DNA from: a bacterium
GTDB lineage: Bacteria > Margulisbacteria > Marinamargulisbacteria > JAHFDA01
Length of the DNA: 59,779 nucleotides
Assembly (NCBI GenBank): GCA_023249225.1
Contig: JAHFDA010000010.1
Coordinates: 1 to 59,779, forward strand
Reading direction: 5' to 3'
This document shows, one piece after another, positions 8,864-16,891 of this stretch. The position numbers and the translations under genes are program-made. Every line of letters begins with the position of its first letter. The first letter of the stretch is position 1. Below the pieces are notes generated by a model. That model was not told the DNA's origin. It ran no database searches and saw only the letters and a program-made list of their open reading frames with translations.

Positions 8864-10024
8864 ATGATTGACAGAATTATAAGATTTCCAGAAAAAAGCT
8901 CATTTTTTCTCTTTGGTCCACGTCAGACTGGCAAAAGTACAGTCATACGGGAACGCTTTCAAAAAGACATTTTTTTAATTGATTTGGCGCAGCAGGAAAC
9001 GTTTAGCCATTACGCCAAGGATCCGGCAGTATTTCGCAAGGATATTCTAAAGCAAGCTCAAATGTACGGCGTCACCACTTTTTTTGTGGACGAAGTGCAA
9101 CGTATTCCGGATGTGCTAAACGACGTGCATTCACTGATAGAATCCCATGCCCTGCGTTTTATTTTAACGGGATCATCAGCACGTAAATTAAAGCGGGGTG
9201 GCGCAAATTTGCTGGCGGGCCGGGCGTATCTTCGGCATTTGCATCCCTGCGTTTATGAAGAAATTAAAAACAGTTTCTTTTTGGAAGACGTTTTAAAGTA
9301 TGGTGCCTTGCCCGCCGTCTTGACCCAATCGCCCGAAGAAAAGGTGGAGTTTCTAAAAGTTTATACCCAAACCTATTTGCGCGAGGAAATCAAAGCCGAA
9401 AGCATTGTGCGTCATATTGGCAACTTTACCCGCTTTTTAGATGTGGCTGCAGCGCAGTCCGGCGAGATCCTGTCATTTTCGGAAATTGCCCGTGAATGCC
9501 AGGTAAGCCCCAACACGGCGCAATCCTATTATCAAATACTCGAAGATACGTTGATCGGCTTTATCCTGTGGCCGTACCGTAAAAGTGTCCGCAAACAATT
9601 GTCGGGACAACCCAAATTTTATTTTTTCGACTGTGGCGTGCTTAACAGCATCAATCACCGCCTGCAAGAAGATCCCGACCCGGTTTACCGGGGCCGTCTG
9701 TTTGAGCATTTTATTATTTTGGAAACCCATCGCATGCAAAGTTATTTGCAGAGTGAGACTCAACTGTTTTTTTGGCGCACCCAGCAAAAAAAGGAAGTTG
9801 ACCTCTTGATCGAAAAACATGGACGCCTGTTTGCTGCCATCGAAATTAAATCCGCCACCCACCTGAACCGTCACGACCTGGGGGGTTTGTTGACCTTTAA
9901 GGCCGAACATCCCGATGTGCCCTGTATGTTGGTAGCGACGATCAGCAACCCCACAGAAATACAGGGTATTACTTGTTTGCCTTATGTGGAATATTTTAAG
10001 TGGCTTAAAGAAAATCTGGTCTAA
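8864..10024 (+). CDS. AAA_14 ATPase with C-terminal DUF4143 domain
   Basis: GPRQTGKS, FVDEVQR, LTGSSARKL, PKFYFFDCGV and FWRT..KKEVDLL...AIEIK. Confidence 0.92.
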   Translation: MIDRIIRFPEKSSFFLFGPRQTGKSTVIRERFQKDIFLIDLAQQETFSHYAKDPAVFRKDILKQAQMYGVTTFFVDEVQRIPDVLNDVHSLIESHALRFILTGSSARKLKRGGANLLAGRAYLRHLHPCVYEEIKNSFFLEDVLKYGALPAVLTQSPEEKVEFLKVYTQTYLREEIKAESIVRHIGNFTRFLDVAAAQSGEILSFSEIARECQVSPNTAQSYYQILEDTLIGFILWPYRKSVRKQLSGQPKFYFFDCGVLNSINHRLQEDPDPVYRGRLFEHFIILETHRMQSYLQSETQLFFWRTQQKKEVDLLIEKHGRLFAAIEIKSATHLNRHDLGGLLTFKAEHPDVPCMLVATISNPTEIQGITCLPYVEYFKWLKENLV

Positions 10025-10047
10025 GTATAAAATACTGTCCAAACGGT

Positions 10048-10704
10048 ATGTCCACCTACTTTCAGCTTCCGATGGATCTTGCCAATCTCCCGCTCGACGA
10101 TATTCGCGCCCAGGCCTTGCAGTGTCGGCGCTGTCATTTGTGCGAGACGCGCACGCAGGTGGTATTTGGTCAGGGCCCGGTGCCTTGTGACATCATGCTT
10201 ATCGGCGAAGGACCGGGCGCAGACGAAGATGCGCAAGGCATTCCCTTTGTAGGCCGAGCCGGGCAGTTGCTGACAAAAATTCTTGAATCAGTCGATATCA
10301 AGCGGCCTACCGATATATACATTGCCAATACCGTCAAATGCCGACCGCCTGAAAACCGCACGCCTTTTCCAAGCGAAATTGAGGCCTGTGCCGACTGGCT
10401 GGCGGCGCAAATCATGCACATCCAGCCGCGCATTCTACTTCTGGCAGGCACGCCCGCGTTGAAGTCAGTACTGGGAGATCAACTGGGGCCGCACGATACC
10501 ATTACCAAGGTGCGTGGGCGCTGGTTTAAACTTACAGTTCCTTACATGCAGGAACAACTTTACGTGATGCCCATTTTTCATCCTTCTTATTTGTTGCGTA
10601 ACGCCTCGCGTGATGTTGGCAGCCCCAAGTGGCAGACCTGGCAAGACATGAAAGAAGTCCAGGGCGCGCTCAACTTTATCCGCAAGGCCAAGGTAGAGGC
10701 CTAG
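10048..10704 (+). CDS. Uracil-DNA glycosylase family 4 (Fe-S)
   Basis: CRRCHLC, GEGPGADED, PFVGRAG, KCRPPENR and HPSYLLR. Confidence 0.95.
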   Translation: MSTYFQLPMDLANLPLDDIRAQALQCRRCHLCETRTQVVFGQGPVPCDIMLIGEGPGADEDAQGIPFVGRAGQLLTKILESVDIKRPTDIYIANTVKCRPPENRTPFPSEIEACADWLAAQIMHIQPRILLLAGTPALKSVLGDQLGPHDTITKVRGRWFKLTVPYMQEQLYVMPIFHPSYLLRNASRDVGSPKWQTWQDMKEVQGALNFIRKAKVEA

Positions 10705-10746
10705 CATGAATGCTTACGCCTCACGCTTCACGGCGGACGCTTCACG

Positions 10747-11520
10747 ATGCTAGTCGCCGGTATCCAAATCAGCACTATCAACGGTGATTTTCGGGCCAAT
10801 CTCGAAAAAGTGCTCCCGCTTTATCGCCGTGCGGCTGAAAAAGGTGCAAAGCTTATTTTGCTGCAGGAATTCTGGGGCGTCGGGTTTAAAGTTCGGCCCA
10901 CGGACGAGACAGTGGTCGAACGCTGTTCCGAACTCTTGTGCAAAATTTCGGGTTTGTGCATCGAAACCAGAACCTGGTGTATCGCAGGTTCCCTGCCGCG
11001 TTTCAATAAAGACCGCCAGGTGGCCAACGCCATGGCCGTTATCGATCCGGGCGGAAAAATTGTGGCCGAGTACGAAAAGGTCAATCTCTTCCGCCCCGAC
11101 GACGAGCACAAAACCTTTGCGTCCGGCAGTGTGCCCCAAAGCATCACGGTCGACGGCATTTGCATCGGACTGACCATTTGTTTTGACCTGCGTTTTCCGG
11201 AACTCTTTATGCAGCACCGCGAAAAAGGCGCGCACTTTTTTGTGGTGCCGGCGCAGTGGCCGCACAAGCGTGTTGAGCACTGGGAGGCCCTGCTGCGTGC
11301 GCGTGCCATCGACACGCAATGCTACGTTTTGGGTGTCAACCGTGGCGGACGCGATCCGGAAGTGGAGTGGGGCGGACGCAGCCAGTTCATCGATCCCTGG
11401 GGCACGGTGCAGGATCGCTGTGATGGCGATGAAGGTATTGTTTACGGCCACGTGGATCTTGAAAGACTCAACAAAATCCGCGAAAGGCTGCCTATATGGG
11501 AGTGCCGTACGTCAAGTTGA
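10747..11520 (+). CDS. Carbon-nitrogen hydrolase (nitrilase superfamily amidase)
   Basis: E-K-C triad contexts LLQEFW, YEKVNLF and ICFDLRFPE; also RARAIDTQ. Confidence 0.92.
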   Translation: MLVAGIQISTINGDFRANLEKVLPLYRRAAEKGAKLILLQEFWGVGFKVRPTDETVVERCSELLCKISGLCIETRTWCIAGSLPRFNKDRQVANAMAVIDPGGKIVAEYEKVNLFRPDDEHKTFASGSVPQSITVDGICIGLTICFDLRFPELFMQHREKGAHFFVVPAQWPHKRVEHWEALLRARAIDTQCYVLGVNRGGRDPEVEWGGRSQFIDPWGTVQDRCDGDEGIVYGHVDLERLNKIRERLPIWECRTSS

Positions 11521-11535
11521 ATAACACTTGGCGCA

Positions 11536-11555
11536 ATTATACCTATAGGTATAAT
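11536..11555. promoter_or_regulatory. Perfect 20-bp palindrome ATTATACCTATAGGTATAAT containing TATAAT; probable operator
   Basis: Self-complementary and 20 nt upstream of the ATPase start. A further GGTATAAT half-site lies at 11563. Confidence 0.65.
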
Positions 11556-11575
11556 GACATTTGGTATAATGAGAC

Positions 11576-12691
11576 ATGGATAATCCTTTTGTGTTTGGGC
11601 AGTCGGTCAGCGGCGAGTATTTTTGTAACCGGGTTAAGGAGCAGTCTGATCTGGCAGCGTATATGCGTTCGGGCCAGAATGTTTTTATCTACTCCTATCG
11701 GCGTTTGGGCAAAACATCGTTGGTTAAGCAGACCATGGCGGGTCTGGATGTCAAACACTTTACCTTTGTATTTGTGGATATGGAGCGGGTCAGTACCCAG
11801 GCTCAATTTGTGGAAGTCTATTCCAAGGCGCTGGCGGATGCCATGGTTAAAGTCGACAAGCTGCAAAAAATTCGCAACCTGTTTGGCGTGCTGGTGCCCA
11901 CCTTTGAGATATCGCCGCAAGGCGAGGTGTCGTTTGAGTTTAATTTGGCCAAAAAAGTTTCGTCGGTACAAAGGGGGCTTGAGGAGGTGATGGAGCTGCC
12001 GAAAAAAATTGCCACGCGTTACAAGCGGCGGGTGGTGGTTATCTTCGACGAATTTCAGGAAGTTGAAAACATCGGTGGGGCTACTTTTGAAAAGTTCTTA
12101 CGTTCATATATTCAACATCACAAGGATGTCTGCTATATCTTTATGGGCAGCAAGACTACCGTGATGTTTGATATGTTCAACGATCCAAAACGGGCGTTTT
12201 ATCGTTCGTCCTCGGTGTTCCCACTCAAAGCCATACCGGCGCCCGAGCTGGTGGCACACATGATCAAATGCTGTCGCAAGAGTGGTAAAAGCATATCTAG
12301 GTCTTTGGCAAATGAGCTTGTAAGCATGGCGGGGGGCTTGCCGCATTACGTTCAAATGTTGGCCTGGCATACGTGGGAAACAGCCAGGGGTAAAATTGCG
12401 GCCAAACATTTGGAGCAGGGTATTAAAAATGTTCTGCAGTCGCAGTCTGACTTGTTTCAGACCTGGTACGAGCAGGCCACGCTTAGGCAGCGGGCCGTGT
12501 ATCGGGCGCTGGCCGTGCGCCAGGATATATTTTCTGGCCAGGCACTGCACGATTTTGACCTGGGATCGGCCTCAACGGTGCAAAGCGTATTACGGGTGCT
12601 GGTAAAAAAAGGGCTGATTAACCATGAAAATAACGTCTATGCCCTGGCGGATCCGTTTTTTGGGTTGTGGTTGAAAGAACGCAAAGTGTAA
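11576..12691 (+). CDS. Archaeal-type (ATPase_2-like) AAA ATPase with probable C-terminal winged helix
   Basis: NPFVFG start, YRRLGKTS Walker A variant, VIFDEFQE Walker B, GGLPHYVQ, and LVKKGLI...DPFFGLWL. Confidence 0.85.
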   Translation: MDNPFVFGQSVSGEYFCNRVKEQSDLAAYMRSGQNVFIYSYRRLGKTSLVKQTMAGLDVKHFTFVFVDMERVSTQAQFVEVYSKALADAMVKVDKLQKIRNLFGVLVPTFEISPQGEVSFEFNLAKKVSSVQRGLEEVMELPKKIATRYKRRVVVIFDEFQEVENIGGATFEKFLRSYIQHHKDVCYIFMGSKTTVMFDMFNDPKRAFYRSSSVFPLKAIPAPELVAHMIKCCRKSGKSISRSLANELVSMAGGLPHYVQMLAWHTWETARGKIAAKHLEQGIKNVLQSQSDLFQTWYEQATLRQRAVYRALAVRQDIFSGQALHDFDLGSASTVQSVLRVLVKKGLINHENNVYALADPFFGLWLKERKV

Positions 12692-12698
12692 AACGGTA

Positions 12699-12878
12699 TT
12701 AGACTTGGCGGCTGGCGTAGTCGGCAAACTGATCGGTTTTTAGCAGATCGATGAGTTTGACTTCGGGGTCGGCCAGAAGATGTTTTCGAATCCAGTAACT
12801 TTTGCCAGCCTTGCGTGGTCCCCACAAAAAGGCGCTCTTGCCTTTGGGTAATTTGAGGTCGATGACTCTTTGGATCAT
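12699..12878 (-). pseudogene. 59-aa N-terminal fragment of an AAA_14/DUF4143 ATPase
   Basis: Manual translation is MIQRVIDLKLPKGKSAFLWGPRKAGKSYWIRKHLLADPEVKLIDLLKTDQFADYASRQV*. It has Walker A and stops before Walker B. Too short for the ORF track. Confidence 0.8.
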
Positions 12879-12934
12879 TTTTCCAGTACAGTATAAATTG
12901 TAAACACCATAAGAAATCGATGTTTGGTTTGCGC

Positions 12935-12946
12935 GGGGGGGGGGGG
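12935..12946. repeat. G12 homopolymer tract
   Basis: Twelve consecutive G, ending 35 nt upstream of ATG 12982. Confidence 0.9.
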
Positions 12947-12981
12947 ATAACTGTTGTAGTTATTCATTCAGGGAGGAAACC

Positions 12982-13386
12982 ATGGTCGAATTCAACGCGC
13001 GTTTATCTACCGAAAATCCCCGCTATAAGCCGGAGATTGCGGGTATTGGGGCCGAATTAGAAGTGGATCAAAATAATGACGGTCAGGTGACGTATAAGGA
13101 AATCCTGCAGGCGGTGAAGGATTTATATCCCGATGCGGGTTTGAATAAAGTGCAGATGATAACGGAGGATTTTATACAAGATATTGGCTTGGCGGACAAG
13201 TTCGACGGGTCCTACATGCGGTGGGATGGCAAAGGAAGTCCGGATCTGACTGATTTTTTTGCGGCAGTACTTAAATACGACAAAGTGCGTTCTAACCCGG
13301 TAACTATGGATATTTTAAAAGCCTTGGGAGACAAAGGAATGATCAAGTTTGAAGCGCAGCGAAAGAACCAGCCGACGGGTGGTTAG
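12982..13386 (+). CDS. Hypothetical protein with one EF-hand-like loop
   Basis: Strong RBS GGGAGG. DQNNDGQVTYKE fits the 12-residue EF-hand loop. Confidence 0.7.
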   Translation: MVEFNARLSTENPRYKPEIAGIGAELEVDQNNDGQVTYKEILQAVKDLYPDAGLNKVQMITEDFIQDIGLADKFDGSYMRWDGKGSPDLTDFFAAVLKYDKVRSNPVTMDILKALGDKGMIKFEAQRKNQPTGG

Positions 13387-13507
13387 AGATATAGATTTTT
13401 TGATTTTCCCTTAAGGCCTTTGAAAACCACAAGTACCAGAAAACCCCGATAGATCGGTGCTCTGATTTTTAGAATCTATATTCTATAATTAAGAATATGG
13501 ATGTTTT

Positions 13508-13750
13508 ATGAAAACCACTCTTGTGCTTGATGACTTTATCGTCAACCGCGCCCAGCACTACGCCCGGCAGCGCAGCATGACGCTTAGCCAGGTGATCAGC
13601 GAATGGTGTCGTTTGGGCTGGGAGGGCATCCGACAAAAAAACAAGGCCGAGCACAAGCGCAGTTTTAAGCCGCTGAACCTTGGCGGCTCCGCGCGCGTCG
13701 ACCTCAACAACCGCCAACTATGGATGGACCAGTTGGATGATCGGGCTTGA
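13508..13750 (+). CDS. vapB: VapB-type antitoxin (ribbon-helix-helix)
   Basis: MKTTLVLDD...MTLSQVI N-terminus; overlaps the downstream PIN gene. Confidence 0.8.
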   Translation: MKTTLVLDDFIVNRAQHYARQRSMTLSQVISEWCRLGWEGIRQKNKAEHKRSFKPLNLGGSARVDLNNRQLWMDQLDDRA

Positions 13751-14156
13751 TACCAACATCGTCATTTACGGCATGGTGTCGTCGGTACCGCAACATGCCA
13801 AGGCCTTGGCGTGGTTTAACAAAAACCAGGAGGCCTTGGCGCTAACATCGGTTTCGGTGGGCGAGACGCTGCGCTTGCTCACTCATTCCCAGGTATTTCC
13901 CAAGCCGTTGGACCTCACCAAGGCCGTCGCAGCGCTTGCGGCCTTTGTGTCCGACTTTCGCGTGTCTGTGCTCGAGGAAGATCCGGATTGGTGGACGCAG
14001 TTGCCAGACTTGCTTGCGGACTTTCCGGGTCTGCGTGGCAATGCCGTTTACGATGCGCGGATCGCATTGTGTTTTAAATTCCACGGAGTTCGGCAGCTGT
14101 GCACCAACGATGCGGAGTTTAAGAAGTATGGGTTTTTAAAGGTGCTGACGATCTGA
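13737..14156 (+). CDS. vapC: VapC PIN-domain toxin
   Basis: MIGLDTNIVIY, GNAVYDARIA and CTND. ATG 13737 is preferred over the track start at 13680. Confidence 0.9.
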   Translation: MIGLDTNIVIYGMVSSVPQHAKALAWFNKNQEALALTSVSVGETLRLLTHSQVFPKPLDLTKAVAALAAFVSDFRVSVLEEDPDWWTQLPDLLADFPGLRGNAVYDARIALCFKFHGVRQLCTNDAEFKKYGFLKVLTI

Positions 14157-14222
14157 GCAAGCAAGGTACCCATATCTTAAGCCTAAGGGTGCTCTCAAGA
14201 TATAATGAAGTGACCATCCTTT

Positions 14223-14681
14223 ATGACCCGTCTCTCCGACCACTTTTCCGCCGAAGATCTACGTTGCAGTTGCCAGACTTGCGGGGGCAGCCTGCGCATC
14301 AGCCTGGTGCTGGTGGGTATGCTCGAAGAGATTCGGTACTATTACAATCGCCGTGTACATGTGCTGGCTGGTTATCGTTGTGAGGCGCGGCTTAAGGAAC
14401 TTAAGCGTTCGCGCAAAAGCTATCATGGCCTGGGCAAGGCGGTGGATATCCACCTTTCGGGTATTTCCAGCCAGGATCTCTTTGATTTTTGCAGAGGGTT
14501 TAAGGCCATCAAAGGCTTGGGTTATTACCCCGAACAGGATTTTGTGCATATCGACCTGCGTGATCAAAAAGAGCGTTTCGAATTTGTGAACCTGCGTGGC
14601 GAGTACCTGCCATTGACCGGGGATCTGGCCGCAACCTACGGACTCAAAATGGTGGATCATGCCGCCGCAGCCAGCGCCTAA
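14223..14681 (+). CDS. Peptidase M15A (YcbK/D-Ala-D-Ala carboxypeptidase-like) zinc peptidase
   Basis: HFSAEDLRC, AGYRC, SYHGLGKAVDI and FVHIDLR. Confidence 0.9.
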   Translation: MTRLSDHFSAEDLRCSCQTCGGSLRISLVLVGMLEEIRYYYNRRVHVLAGYRCEARLKELKRSRKSYHGLGKAVDIHLSGISSQDLFDFCRGFKAIKGLGYYPEQDFVHIDLRDQKERFEFVNLRGEYLPLTGDLAATYGLKMVDHAAAASA

Positions 14682-15582
14682 CCGTGTTCACGGCATAGAG
14701 GCTTTTGCGCAGTACTTACGCTTGCAAAAACGGGCCTCGCCGCATACGGTGGCGGCGTACAGACGCGACCTGAAACAATGGGTGCTTTACCTTGGGCAGA
14801 CGGGTGTGTCGGATGCCGATGGGGTGCAAGCCGATACCCTGCGACGCTGGCTGCTATGGCTTGAGACTCAAGGACTTTCGCCGCGTAGCGTGCGACGCAA
14901 GTTTTCGGCGCTGCGCAGTTACTACAAATTCCGGCACCAGAAAGATGTGCAGGCCCACGATCCGTTTGTGCGTATCCAGGCTGCCAAAGCCAAACATCAC
15001 TTGCCGACTGTTTTGTCGCTTGCAGAGGTCGAAAAACTGCTGGCTGCGGGTACCGGGCACGCGTCAGAAGACAGTCGCGATACGGCCTTGATTGAATTGC
15101 TTTATGCCGGGGGTCTGCGTATTTCGGAACTGTTGGCGCTGGGCACGGGCGATGTCAGCCAGTTGCAGCACGGAAAACTGCGTGTGCTTGGCAAGGGTCA
15201 AAAACCGCGCGATGTGTTTTTACACGCACGCGCTGTGGCAGCGCTGACACGTTATTTCAATGAAGCCCGGGCACGCTTTTTACAAAAAGCCACGGCTCGC
15301 GCTAAAGAACGCTTGTTTCTGGGACGGCGTGGCACCATGCTTAGTTCCCGCAGCGTGCAGCGGATGATCAAAAAACGGGCCTTGCTGGCCGGAATATTCA
15401 AAGAAGTAACCCCGCATACGCTTAGGCACAGTTTTGCCACCCACCTGCTTTCCGGTGGCGCTGATCTGCGGGCGGTACAGGCCTTGCTTGGGCATGCGCA
15501 TCTTTCCACCACCCAGATTTACACCCAGCTTTCAGATACGCAACTCCGTGCCGATTTTGACCGCTTTCATCCCAGGGCTTAG
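14659..15582 (+). CDS. xerC: Tyrosine recombinase XerC/XerD
   Basis: SPHTVAAYRRDL, LYAGGLRISEL, GKGQK and HTLRHSFATHLL...LLGHAHLSTTQIYT. XerC versus XerD cannot be resolved by eye. Confidence 0.85.
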   Translation: MPPQPAPNRVHGIEAFAQYLRLQKRASPHTVAAYRRDLKQWVLYLGQTGVSDADGVQADTLRRWLLWLETQGLSPRSVRRKFSALRSYYKFRHQKDVQAHDPFVRIQAAKAKHHLPTVLSLAEVEKLLAAGTGHASEDSRDTALIELLYAGGLRISELLALGTGDVSQLQHGKLRVLGKGQKPRDVFLHARAVAALTRYFNEARARFLQKATARAKERLFLGRRGTMLSSRSVQRMIKKRALLAGIFKEVTPHTLRHSFATHLLSGGADLRAVQALLGHAHLSTTQIYTQLSDTQLRADFDRFHPRA

Positions 15583-16374
15583 GTGGCAAACAAGCCTTTA
15601 AAAATGCGTTTAGATGAACTGCTGCTGGCACGTGGTTTGTCCGAGTCGCGGGCGCGGGCACAGGCGCACATTCTTTCGGGCAACGTGCTGGTCAACGATT
15701 GTCCCGTGACCAAAAGCGGTCATCAGGTTTTGTCCGACGCGGATATCCGTTTTAAAAAACCAGTGAGTGAATATGCCAGTCGGGGTGCGTACAAGTTGCT
15801 GGCAGCCCTGGATGTTTTTGGTATTGACGTGCGCGACCAGGTGCTTCTCGACATTGGTCAATCCACAGGCGGTTTTACGGATGTGCTTTTGCGCCGGGGA
15901 GTCAATCGGGTGATTGGTGTGGATGTAGGGTATGGTCAGTTACATCCTCATATCAGGCAGGATCCAAGGGTATGGGCCATCGAGCGCTGCAATGCTCGAC
16001 ATTTAACGCGGGATCAGCTCGAAAAGCTTATCCGCAGACCGGCGTCTGAAACACAAGATATATTGAATCAGATCGAAGGATTTGTGATGGATGTTGCGTT
16101 TATTTCAGTGACTAAAATTCTTCCGGCCATCAGCGCCTTATTAGCGCCTAAAGCGTGGGGCGTGATCCTGATCAAACCGCAGTTTGAAGCCAGCCGCGAC
16201 CAGGTGGAGGCCGGTGGTATAATCAAAAATCAGCAAATCCTTAAAAATGTGTTGCTCGCGGTGAGTGAGCAAGTGGCGCAGCAAGGTTGGGTGACGCGCG
16301 CCATGTGTCCAGCTCCCATCAAAGGGGCCGAGGGCAACCAGGAGTATTTGCTATGGGTGACCAATTACCTATGA
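15583..16374 (+). CDS. tlyA: TlyA-family rRNA 2'-O-methyltransferase
   Basis: S4 domain RLDELLL, SRGAYKL, DIGQSTGGFTD, LIKPQFE and GAEGNQEY. Confidence 0.95.
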   Translation: MANKPLKMRLDELLLARGLSESRARAQAHILSGNVLVNDCPVTKSGHQVLSDADIRFKKPVSEYASRGAYKLLAALDVFGIDVRDQVLLDIGQSTGGFTDVLLRRGVNRVIGVDVGYGQLHPHIRQDPRVWAIERCNARHLTRDQLEKLIRRPASETQDILNQIEGFVMDVAFISVTKILPAISALLAPKAWGVILIKPQFEASRDQVEAGGIIKNQQILKNVLLAVSEQVAQQGWVTRAMCPAPIKGAEGNQEYLLWVTNYL

Positions 16375-16883
16375 ACCTCATTCAATCTGTAAGTATGGCT
16401 GTGATGGCAGGGGTGGGAGCACATCCGCAGCTGGTATTCAGCTTTTTTTTGGTGGTTCTGGTGTGGATGGGCGTGTTTATTGGTGCCTATGGTTTCTATG
16501 TGGCCCAAAGAGCGATCCGCTATTTTCATGACGCTCAAATTCAAAAAGACGCATCACAGGTGGATCAAAACGCGCGACTGATCCTGGAACAGATGGGGTT
16601 TTCAATCGCAAAAAACATCGACAAACAAATCATCCGCGTATACCAGGATGGCAACCCGCTGGATGTGCCCATCAGACCGGACATGTTGGTGAGTAAAGGC
16701 GGTAAGTCTTATGTGGTTGACATTAAGACCAAGCATCAGCGTCCGCGCCTGTCGTATCCAGAAACACGGCGGCAGCTTTTGGAATATTATGTCACCTACA
16801 AGCCCGATGGCGTACTGCTCATGGACATGGAAAACAAGCGCATACACGATGTCCGCTTTGACTTGTTTACAAACGGTTTTTAG
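16371..16883 (+). CDS. Membrane-anchored hypothetical protein with PD-(D/E)xK-like motif
   Basis: N-terminal hydrophobic helix and RPDMLVSKGGKSYVVDIKT. ATG overlaps the tlyA stop. Confidence 0.65.
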   Translation: MNLIQSVSMAVMAGVGAHPQLVFSFFLVVLVWMGVFIGAYGFYVAQRAIRYFHDAQIQKDASQVDQNARLILEQMGFSIAKNIDKQIIRVYQDGNPLDVPIRPDMLVSKGGKSYVVDIKTKHQRPRLSYPETRRQLLEYYVTYKPDGVLLMDMENKRIHDVRFDLFTNGF

Positions 16884-16891
16884 GTTTTGCG

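Noticed and set aside
10705-10746. Short CACGCTT/CGCTTCA heptamer-like repeats
   Set aside because: Only three or four degenerate units with no spacers. Not CRISPR, and no function can be supported.
12815-12826. Apparent frameshift in the AAA fragment
   Set aside because: Recounting shows four C on the plus strand, so the frame is intact. The gene is truncated, not frameshifted.
14659-15582. Tyrosine recombinase as a phage or island integrase
   Set aside because: Size, motifs and overlap within a housekeeping operon fit chromosomal XerC/D. No att sites or phage genes are nearby.
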